Below are positions 8,981 through 16,455 of a DNA stretch of 38,474 nt, piece by piece. Under the pieces are notes generated by a model, which saw only the letters and a program-made list of their open reading frames with translations, was not told the DNA's origin and did not search any database. A program made the position numbers and the translations under genes. Positions within the stretch are counted from its first letter, which is position 1. Every line of letters starts with the position of its first letter. The stretch is from Clostridia bacterium (GTDB lineage Bacteria; Bacillota; Sulfobacillia; DUSP01), in contig DUSP01000144.1 in assembly GCA_012842575.1 (NCBI GenBank), positions 1 to 38,474 of the forward strand, written 5' to 3'.

Positions 8981-10795
8981 TCAGCCTTCCGGAAAGCAGC
9001 CCATCATTTTGGCTAGACTCCCACCTGCCGGAACCATTGGCAGAACGTTTTCTTCAGGGCAAATCCTGAAATCGATTACGACGGGGCCGTTAAGACTCAT
9101 GGCGCGCTCGAGCCCGGCCCTTACGTCGCGCGCTTTGGTGACGCGCAGTCCGTTACACCCGAGGGCTTCCGCCAACTTGACGTAGTCGGCGCTACCGTTT
9201 AGACAGGAGTGGGAATATCTCTTTCCGAAGAAAAACTCCTGCCACTGCCTCACCATACCGAGATACATGTTATTAAAGACGGCGATTTTCACCGGTAGGC
9301 GTTGCTCCGACGCCGTGACCAGTTCCTGACAATTCATGAGGAGACTCCCGTCTCCGGAAACCAGAAATACCACTTCCCCAGGTCTCCCCACCTGCGCCCC
9401 TATAGCGGCCGGTAAACCATACCCCATCGTGCCGAGGCCACCTGATGTTATGAAGGAGCGGGGTCGCTTGTGTGTATAGTACTGGGCGGCCCACATCTGG
9501 TGCTGACCCACGTCTGTGACCACCACGGCGTTACCGTCCGTGACCCTGTATATTTCTTCGATCACGTACTGAGGCTTAATAGAACACTCCGCATCCGGGT
9601 CGGATTGACGATAGGTGAGGGGGCGCTCCGTTTTCCAACGTGTGACCGTCTCCTGCCATTCGTCGAGGCGGCCACGACCCCGCCTGTGATCGCAGGCCAC
9701 GAAGTCGTCATCCTTCAGGCACTCAAGAAGCGCTGACAAGGACCACCTCAGATCTCCCACTACCGGAACGTCCACTCGCACGTTCTTGCCGATTTCAGCC
9801 GGGTCTATGTCGAAGTGAATTATCTTGGCGTTCGGAGCAAACTCGTCGATTTTACCGGTAACACGATCGTCAAAGCGGACACCGATGCCCAAGAGCAGAT
9901 CACACTCACTAACCGCCATGTTAGCCGCATACGTACCGTGCATGCCGACCATGCCGAGGAAAAGCGGGTCATCGCCGGGGAAGTTGCCGAGCCCCATGAG
10001 ACTCGAGACCACCGGTATGCCGGTAAGTTCGACGATTTCCCTGATGCTATTCCAGGTATTCGAAATAGTCACGCCTCCGCCTATGAAGAGAACCGGCCGT
10101 CTGGCCCGGACTATTTCCTCCGCCGCCTGTTCCACTGCCTCAATTGATCCTTCAAAGATGGGCCGGTATCCACGCAAAGAAACCTCTTTCGGATAACGGT
10201 AGTATCCTTCAGTTTGAGTGATGTCCTTGGGAATATCGATAAGAACAGGTCCCGGCCGGCCTGTCCGGGCTATATAAAAAGCTTCCTTTATGGTCCGGGG
10301 AAGGCGCTGGAGATCCTTTACGATGAAGTTGTGTTTTGTAATGGGGAGCGTGATTCCTGTTATGTCTACTTCCTGAAAAGAGTCGCGACCGAGTAGGGGG
10401 AGAGCCACTTGACCCGTAAACGCCACTACCGGAACCGAGTCCATATAGGCGTTGGCTATCCCCGTGACCAGGTTCGTGGCCCCAGGACCCGAGGTGGCAA
10501 TACAGACGCCCACTCGGCCGGTGGCTCGAGCGTACCCGTCGGCTGCGTGAGCCGCACCCGCCTCATGGCGCGTCAGAATGTGCCTCAACCCTGAGTCGTA
10601 GAGTGCATCGTAAAGAGGTAACACCGCGCCGCCCGGGTAACCGAACACCACTTCTACGCCTTCGGCCTTAAGGGCTTCTATCACCATCTGGGCCCCAGTC
10701 ATGCGGGTGGACGGGTTGGGCACTTCCTGGCAGACGGTGGCTGGGTCTCTTTCTTCCACGCCAGATCTTACATTCACTTCAGGAACCGCCGACAC
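8981..10795 (-). CDS. ilvB: Acetolactate synthase large subunit
   Basis: FGYPGGAVL, RHEAGAAHAADGYAR, TSGPGATN, DVGQHQMW, TPP motif GDGS..N; GGAGGTG RBS 7 nt before GTG 10795. Confidence 0.96.
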   Translation of the reverse strand: MSAVPEVNVRSGVEERDPATVCQEVPNPSTRMTGAQMVIEALKAEGVEVVFGYPGGAVLPLYDALYDSGLRHILTRHEAGAAHAADGYARATGRVGVCIATSGPGATNLVTGIANAYMDSVPVVAFTGQVALPLLGRDSFQEVDITGITLPITKHNFIVKDLQRLPRTIKEAFYIARTGRPGPVLIDIPKDITQTEGYYRYPKEVSLRGYRPIFEGSIEAVEQAAEEIVRARRPVLFIGGGVTISNTWNSIREIVELTGIPVVSSLMGLGNFPGDDPLFLGMVGMHGTYAANMAVSECDLLLGIGVRFDDRVTGKIDEFAPNAKIIHFDIDPAEIGKNVRVDVPVVGDLRWSLSALLECLKDDDFVACDHRRGRGRLDEWQETVTRWKTERPLTYRQSDPDAECSIKPQYVIEEIYRVTDGNAVVVTDVGQHQMWAAQYYTHKRPRSFITSGGLGTMGYGLPAAIGAQVGRPGEVVFLVSGDGSLLMNCQELVTASEQRLPVKIAVFNNMYLGMVRQWQEFFFGKRYSHSCLNGSADYVKLAEALGCNGLRVTKARDVRAGLERAMSLNGPVVIDFRICPEENVLPMVPAGGSLAKMMGCFPEG

Positions 10796-10832
10796 CTGAA
10801 TACACCTCCGGAAATATGAGCGCAGAGAGAGC

Positions 10833-11118
10833 AAATATAAAGCCCTCCGCCCTCAGCGTCAAGGCTAAGGGGCGAAGGGCCTCGCGTTACCACCCTTATT
10901 CATCCGGTCCTCGCGAACCGGATCTCACCAGGTACTTGTTCTCCTTGAAGAACGCCATACCCTGCGCCTGTAACGGAGCACACTCCGGCAAGGCTTACTA
11001 TGATTTCAGCCTGCATCTCGGGGATGATTTTCCGGTCGTCCTCGCTCCGGTACCGCTTTTCAGCCACCGCGGCTCTCTGTGACCGGGGACCGCCGTACTC
11101 GTTCCCGTCATTGACCCA
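10833..11118 (-). ncRNA. T-box riboswitch, Ile specifier (AUC), controlling ilvBN
   Basis: Minus strand: stem I with AGUA, ACAGAGAG bulge and GGUGGCUGAAA loop; specifier GAAA-AUC-A (11028-11026); T-box AAUAAGGGUGGUAACGCG (10900-10883); terminator GCCCUUCGCCCCUUAGC...GCUGAGGGCGGAGGGC followed by a U-rich tract. Confidence 0.9.
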
Positions 11119-11155
11119 TTCTCAAGTCTGTGTCCGATTTAGTCAACCCTATGGC

Positions 11156-11183
11156 ATTATACTAATGGATTTGGCGCGCGCAA
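11156..11183 (-). promoter_or_regulatory. Putative sigmaA promoter of the ilv T-box leader
   Basis: TTGCGC-16 nt-TATAAT on the minus strand just upstream of stem I. Confidence 0.6.
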
Positions 11184-11366
11184 TCAAGACTATAAACTTA
11201 ACCTGCTTTCGTCCCCATCCCTTCGGAAGGCCATCTTAACTTCACAAAATTCCCGACCTCTTATACTGATGAAGATCATCGTGCTGTTAATCTGGTTCTA
11301 TATCTATATGCAAATATCTTCGAAGTATATAGTAGGGAAATGCTTAAGCCCAAAAACAGAATAGCA

Positions 11367-11477
11367 AGGAGCACTGACAAGGGCAAACCTCACCGAAAGG
11401 GAGGGGCGCAAAGCCACGAGTCTAAAGTCCTGTGGTGATCCACAGGTACCATGACAGTCGGGTTGCCAAAGGTTCCT
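11367..11477 (+). ncRNA. c-di-GMP-I (GEMM-I) riboswitch
   Basis: GGGCAAACCTCACC-GAAA-GGGAGGGGCGCAAAGCCACGAGTCTAAAG...ATGACAGTCGGGTTGCC: GNRA tetraloop, receptor and kink motifs. G at the position equivalent to G20 points to c-di-GMP rather than cGAMP. P1 could be AGGAGC/GTTCCT. Confidence 0.92.
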
Positions 11478-11494
11478 ACTGAAAGTCTTTGGCC

Positions 11495-11534
11495 AAAAAA
11501 GCCCGCCCGTAGGAAAAGCTCCGGCGGGGTTTTT
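11495..11534 (+). terminator. Intrinsic terminator, riboswitch expression platform
   Basis: CCCGCC...GGCGGG stem followed by GTTTTT and preceded by an A-tract. Confidence 0.7.
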
Positions 11535-11545
11535 GGTTATGAGCC

Positions 11546-11591
11546 GATGGGCTTGTCCGTGCTTCTTGCTCGGACAAGCCCATCAATTTTT
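11546..11591 (+). terminator. Second terminator-like hairpin directly before the RBS
   Basis: Perfect 14-bp stem GATGGGCTTGTCCG / CGGACAAGCCCATC followed by AATTTTT. Confidence 0.6.
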
Positions 11592-11609
11592 CAGGAGCTA
11601 CAGCACGAC

Positions 11610-12389
11610 ATGAGGACACGAATTACGCTCTTAACACTATTCTCCGTAATTCTCTTCATCAATACCGTAACCTTTGCTCGGGAATGTGGGGCTAGCTTCT
11701 CAGTTCTATCACAGAAAGAAAGTATCAAATACGGGGTCAAAGTAAGGTACGGCCGATATATGCTCCGTACAAATTGGCACGGAATGGAATTCTACCTCGA
11801 TGAACCCGGCTTAAAAACTCATTCCTTAAAACCAATACAACTAGTAGACCGGGAAGCTTACGGCGAAGCGCTAAATGGAGTTTCCTTTCCTCTGCACTGG
11901 CTCACCGAATACCGCATTTGCATTCTACCCTATCGCCTATTTGACTACCCCGATACCCTGGCCCTAACCTTGGACGCTAACGCTACGTACGTTTTCGCTA
12001 CTACCTGGCAACTCACTCCCAGGATGGTACATCGTCTCGCTGTCCATGAACTCGGTCACGTTGTCGACTTTAGATTGATGAACGAAAAGCGATGGGCCGA
12101 ATATAGGAAAATCCGTGGTCTTACAGATACCATGAAATATCGTGATACGAGTCCCTACCATAAAGACCGCCCTCGAGAGGTCTTCGCCGAAGACTTTCGC
12201 CTACTATTTGGAGCGGAATTGGCCGCTAAAAATCCACACGAGAATTTTGGCCTCGCCAACCCAAAGGAAGTGCCAGGGTTAAAGGACTTCTTTCTCTCGC
12301 TGGTCCCAAACATCATTACACTTTCCGATGAAACCACGAGGGCCAACCCTGAGCAATCAGACCCTGTACAGGGGAAAACCCGTCTCTAG
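11610..12389 (+). CDS. Secreted HExxH zinc metalloprotease (PPEP / anthrax-LF-catalytic-domain-like motif spacing)
   Basis: AGGAG before ATG 11610; signal peptide MRTRITLLTLFSVILFINTVTFA; HELGH (12045-12059) and Y-x6-EVFAEDF (E at 12177). Confidence 0.75.
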   Translation: MRTRITLLTLFSVILFINTVTFARECGASFSVLSQKESIKYGVKVRYGRYMLRTNWHGMEFYLDEPGLKTHSLKPIQLVDREAYGEALNGVSFPLHWLTEYRICILPYRLFDYPDTLALTLDANATYVFATTWQLTPRMVHRLAVHELGHVVDFRLMNEKRWAEYRKIRGLTDTMKYRDTSPYHKDRPREVFAEDFRLLFGAELAAKNPHENFGLANPKEVPGLKDFFLSLVPNIITLSDETTRANPEQSDPVQGKTRL

Positions 12390-12452
12390 CGTCCCACGTG
12401 GTTCCCGCAATCTTTCGACGGAAATACGTATCTGATTTGGATACCTTCAGGG

Positions 12453-14417
12453 ATCGACTAGGAGGGGGCGGCTAACCCCCGTCCTCTCACACCACCGTAC
12501 GTACCGTTCGGTATACGGCGGTTCACCAAGCTTGACGAATGCTTCGGTAACGTGCGGTCAAACTCATGAGGCCCTGGGCCTCCCAGTATGCGATGCCCAG
12601 GGCTCTGTTCATTGGCCCATGGGCCATTCGCCAGGGCCCTTTGCGGGCATTCGCAAACTGATGCACAACCCATTGCGGTAGACCCAGTGCGCGCAGTTCT
12701 CGGTAGCGCGTCCGGACCCGCTTCCACTGCTTCCAGACGCACATGCGAAGACGGCGTCTCAGCCATTCTTCAAGGGTTCCAAAGACGCTGGGGGTTTCAG
12801 CTAAGGCAAAGTATCCCAGCCACCCGCCCAGGTAGGCGTTGATGCGCCGGATCCGATCGGCCATGGTCACGGGTTTGCTCCGGGAGGTGAATTCCCGGAT
12901 CTTGTTCTTGACCCGTTCAATGGTCTGCGGAGCCAGGCGGATGAGGATTCCCTCTTTGCTCTTGTGCATGCTGAACCCCAGGTACTTCAGCTTCCACGGC
13001 CGGTCCACGCTGCTCTTTGATTCGTTGACCTTGAGTTTTAACCGCCTCTGCAGGAAGTCGCGGATGCTTTGCATGACCCGTTCGGCCGCCCGTCGGCTTC
13101 TGACGTAGATGTTGCAGTCATCGGCATAGCGGACGAACTTGTGGCCCCGCTTGTCAAGCTCTTTGTCGAGGTCGTCAAGGTAGATGTTGGCCAGCAACGG
13201 ACTTAAGGGACCTCCCTGCGGGGTTCCCTCCTCCGTCCGCACGACCACGCCTTCTAACATGACCCCCGCCTGCAGGAAGCGGCGGATGAGCTTGAGGACT
13301 CTCTTGTCCTTCACTTTCCTGGCCACCCGGGCCATGAGGATGTCGTGGTTCACTCCGTCGAAGAACTTCTCGATGTCTACGTCCACGACCCAGTCGTATC
13401 CGGCTTCTGCGTACGAACGCGCCATCCTGACCGCGTCGTGAGCTCGCTTGCCGGGCCTAAACCCGTAACTTGACTCAGAAAACGTCGGGTCGAAGATGGG
13501 CGTAAGCACCTGCAGAAGCGCCTGCTGGATTAGGCGGTCCAAAACGGTGGGTATCCCTAAGAGCCTCATGCCTCCGCCCGGTTTCGGGATTTCGACTCGG
13601 CGGACCGGCTTTGGCTGATAGGTCCCTTGGAGGAGCTGTTCTCGAACTTGGGGCCAGACTTCTCGAAGGAGGTCGCGTAGTTCGTCTACCTGGACTCCGT
13701 CGATTCCGCCTGCGCCTTTGTTCTCCTCGACCCGCTTTAGCGCGGCCCACATATTCTCGCGGGCCACCACCTTCTCCATCAGGCCATCACCTTGGTCCTC
13801 GCGAGGTGTTCCTCCGCTTCGTGCCAACGGAAGGCTCAGCCCTTCTGCGGTCCCAGGCGTATTCACCGCTTCCCCCCGCAGACAGGCCCTGTTATGGGTT
13901 TTCTGCTTTCTTTGCCTTCCGTGCGAACTCATCGGGTTCACCTCTGACTTGATGTTCGGGCCTTCCCTGGCCGGGTATGCTCCGTTTAGGTCCGGCCTAT
14001 CCGTTTGCTGCCCCTTTCGTCTGGCAGTGCCTCACTAGCCGGGCCATGCATCGCTCCTCGTTCCAGGTACTATGCCCTCTGCTGACTCCTGCCGGTTCAA
14101 CCGGGCCTCTCGACCCGGCTTGCCAGTATCCCTGGCCTATCCGACAGGCCTCCCCGGGTAAGGGCGCTGTCTTTCCCTCCATCTACCCGCCCCATTTACT
14201 CTTGGCAGCCTTCGGTAGCAAGGACTTCGCGTTGTCATGCACGCTCATCCAGCTGCCACTAGCCTCGCCTGGGGTTCGTGGTCCTCGGGCCGGAGGCTTG
14301 CCGCCGGCTTCCTTCAGATTCCACCTCGCGGTGGACACCCTTGCCTTAAGCTACGGCTACTGCTACCTTCGCCGTTCGGGACTCTCACCCTGAAGACAGC
14401 GCCCATGCCGGGCGCAC
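12453..14417 (-). mobile_element. Group II intron, class IIC, apparently complete (1965 nt)
   Basis: 5' end GTGCGCCCGGCATGGGCG at 14417; domain V GAACCGCCGTATACCGAACGGTACGTACGGTGGTG with CGC triad; domain VI ending ...TAGTCGAT at 12453; RT ORF inside; inserted right after a hairpin. Confidence 0.95.
12523..13779 (-). CDS. ltrA: Group II intron reverse transcriptase/maturase, no endonuclease domain
   Basis: NKGAGGIDG, RLLGIPTVLDRLIQQA, GTPQGGPLSPLLANIYL, RYADD and X domain; stop overlaps the start of domain V. The frame stays open to 13941; MEKVV at 13779 is the likely start. Confidence 0.96.
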   Translation of the reverse strand: MEKVVARENMWAALKRVEENKGAGGIDGVQVDELRDLLREVWPQVREQLLQGTYQPKPVRRVEIPKPGGGMRLLGIPTVLDRLIQQALLQVLTPIFDPTFSESSYGFRPGKRAHDAVRMARSYAEAGYDWVVDVDIEKFFDGVNHDILMARVARKVKDKRVLKLIRRFLQAGVMLEGVVVRTEEGTPQGGPLSPLLANIYLDDLDKELDKRGHKFVRYADDCNIYVRSRRAAERVMQSIRDFLQRRLKLKVNESKSSVDRPWKLKYLGFSMHKSKEGILIRLAPQTIERVKNKIREFTSRSKPVTMADRIRRINAYLGGWLGYFALAETPSVFGTLEEWLRRRLRMCVWKQWKRVRTRYRELRALGLPQWVVHQFANARKGPWRMAHGPMNRALGIAYWEAQGLMSLTARYRSIRQAW

Positions 14418-14458
14418 ATGAAAGAGTCCCCCGATGAACCCTCGGGGGACTCTTTCAT
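14418..14458. terminator. Rho-independent terminator hairpin; intron target site
   Basis: Perfect 17-bp inverted repeat ATGAAAGAGTCCCCCGA / TCGGGGGACTCTTTCAT with a 7-nt loop, abutting the intron 5' end. Confidence 0.85.
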
Positions 14459-14560
14459 CACGATAAGACAAAATGTAAACCCAACTGCTCTCTGTCCGTT
14501 CACCTGTTTGTTTGCTCGGGTGCTGAGGCCGACAAACGGTAACCCCAACTCGATACTGTA

Positions 14561-15439
14561 TCAGCCCGTGAACATCTGGGTGACCATCAAGCCGTACGGC
14601 CCGCCTTCGATGATGCCGATTCCGATTCTCTTAAAGCTCGGGTTGAGGATGTTCCGTCTGTGCCCCTCGCTGTTCATCAACCCCGTATGGGCTCGTTCAA
14701 CGGTAGGCGCCCCCGCAAGGTTTTCTCCGGCCGTAGTGTACTTCACCCCTGCCTTCCGCATCATGTCAAAGGGGGAACCGTACGTGGGAGAATCGTGCGA
14801 AAAATAGCCCTTCTCGATCATGTCTTCGCTCTTCATGCGGGCCAACCGCGTCAAGACCTCATCCGCAATCAACGGATGAAGACCTGCCCTCTCGCGCTCC
14901 GCATTGATCAGGTCGAGCATCTCTTGCTCTTTCTCGGTCAAAAACGCGTTCTTTTGCGAGCGCTGTTCGGCAAAACCGCCTTGTGCGTTCCCGGGCTGGT
15001 TTCCGGACCACGAACTGCCAGGCGTCTCGGGGGAAAGACCAGGGGGGTTCTGGGGAGATCCGATGGGGATCCTGATGATCCACGTCTTCCTGCCGTCTTC
15101 TCCGATAAAGACCTTCTCGGTACCCACCGGTAGCCTACCGGAGACGGAAAACCTTATTCTGAACACACTCTGCCCTGTACTAAAAACACTCTGCCCCGTC
15201 GGAGTCTGCTCCGTAGAAGAAACACCCGATGATCCCACTGGAATCGTAACGGTTCCATTGGAAAGTCTGAAATCCCATCCGCTCCACGATCCGGCAAGCG
15301 TCACACCGGGTAAAGCAAAGAGCATCACGAGGAGCATCGCTAAAGCACAGATGTTTCTGAGAAGAACTCTTGCCCGCTTTCTTTTCGACAAAGAAAGGCC
15401 GATGCCGACAATCTCGTTTAGTCGATACCTCACTTTCAT
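14561..15439 (-). CDS. Secreted CAP/SCP-domain protein (YkwD-like) with Pro/Ser/Gly-rich linker
   Basis: LINAERERAGL, YFSHDSPTYGSPFDMM, GENLA, LMNSEGHRRNIL; signal or TM segment ending VTLA; AAGGGG directly before ATG 15439 (start uncertain). Confidence 0.9.
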   Translation of the reverse strand: MKVRYRLNEIVGIGLSLSKRKRARVLLRNICALAMLLVMLFALPGVTLAGSWSGWDFRLSNGTVTIPVGSSGVSSTEQTPTGQSVFSTGQSVFRIRFSVSGRLPVGTEKVFIGEDGRKTWIIRIPIGSPQNPPGLSPETPGSSWSGNQPGNAQGGFAEQRSQKNAFLTEKEQEMLDLINAERERAGLHPLIADEVLTRLARMKSEDMIEKGYFSHDSPTYGSPFDMMRKAGVKYTTAGENLAGAPTVERAHTGLMNSEGHRRNILNPSFKRIGIGIIEGGPYGLMVTQMFTG

Positions 15440-15662
15440 CCCCCTTTCGTCGCCGCGGCTTAAGGTGATTAAGCCGATGATTAAGCCAATTATATAGCGG
15501 ACAAAATGAGAGGACAAAAGTGGAAAGCGACCCTATACTGCTCATATGTGGGGTGATATGGAAATCATGTGAACACTCTCCAAGGCCGTCATTATTAACG
15601 AAGATACCGAAGTATGAGGGGTATAAGTAAAAATATGGGTATTGTTTTGTCGGCCTCCGGTG

Positions 15663-15986
15663 TTATTTGGTCGCCCTACGTCGAACCCCCTTTCTATTGG
15701 ACCTTCTCGGTATGAGCCTAGCCGGGCCCTTCGCCAGTGGATAGACCTCGTCGACCTCGGGATAGTCCTCTTCCGACACCTCTTCGAGATATGTACCACG
15801 GGTCCTCTGTTCGTCGGGATCGAGCCACCCAAACATCACCGGAACGTGTGTAAAGCTGTCGTCATCGGCGGTGTTGAGCGCCGCATTCGCCGACCGCCAC
15901 CTTTTTTCGGTTTGGCGTTGTTCGCCGCGTTGACGGACCTCACCCTCGCCGCCATCGCTTTGATTCCCGACCTTTGTTTCGTCCAT
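15663..15986 (-). CDS. Small hypothetical protein with acidic centre and basic tail
   Basis: Strong RBS AGGAGGT 6 nt before ATG; 107 aa; no recognised family. Confidence 0.65.
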   Translation of the reverse strand: MDETKVGNQSDGGEGEVRQRGEQRQTEKRWRSANAALNTADDDSFTHVPVMFGWLDPDEQRTRGTYLEEVSEEDYPEVDEVYPLAKGPARLIPRRSNRKGVRRRATK

Positions 15987-16009
15987 GCCGCTACCTCCTT
16001 CCGCTATTG

Positions 16010-16094
16010 CTTAGTATCAGACAAAACGGACGACTTCGTGCGGGACGAGCAAGGGCGCGTTGGTTTCGCCGTTCCTTAGTATCAGGCAAAACGG
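16010..16094. repeat. 20-bp direct repeat pair, period 65
   Basis: CTTAGTATCAG(A/G)CAAAACGG at 16010 and 16075. Confidence 0.85.
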
Positions 16095-16153
16095 TCGGAT
16101 ATTATCGAAGTGAAGACAGCCATTATAACCCATCGGGCAGGTGGACAGAGCAG

Positions 16154-16254
16154 GCCTCGGCTGCCTTAACGTATGATCGGGTTCGACCGGAGCTCCTGCT
16201 CCAGGAGGTTGGCGAACGCGCCTCGGCTGCCTTAACGTATGATCGGGTTCGACC
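16154..16254. repeat. Perfect 35-bp direct repeat pair with a 31-bp unique spacer
   Basis: GCCTCGGCTGCCTTAACGTATGATCGGGTTCGACC at 16154-16188 and 16220-16254. Confidence 0.9.
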
Positions 16255-16261
16255 TCAACGT

Positions 16262-16320
16262 GCATACTCGTTGTATATACTCATTTTGTATATACCCGTT
16301 TCGGCATATACTCGTTTCGG
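16262..16320. repeat. Degenerate 13-16-bp tandem repeat
   Basis: ATACTCGTT / ATATACTCATTT / ATATACCCGTTTCGGC / ATATACTCGTTTCGGC. Confidence 0.7.
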
Positions 16321-16455
16321 CCTTGAAAAACAAAGAAAAAAATCGACGGGGCCCTCGGGCGCACCTATGACCGCGACCCAATTTAGGGGTAGGGTGGCCC
16401 GATAAGCCCCTTCGACAAGCCCCTCAGTTCCCCGGGGACTGCGTCCGTCTACGTG

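Noticed and set aside
11451-11609. N-terminal 53 codons of the ORF-track protein 11451-12389
   Set aside because: They overlap the riboswitch and hairpins; the RBS and signal peptide point to ATG 11610.
12523-13941. RT as part of a retron, DGR or defence system
   Set aside because: Clear IIC intron boundaries, domains V and VI and a maturase domain explain it fully.
16154-16254. Possible CRISPR mini-array
   Set aside because: Only two repeats, no typical GAAA(C/G) end, no degenerate third copy and no cas genes in the window; kept as a plain repeat.
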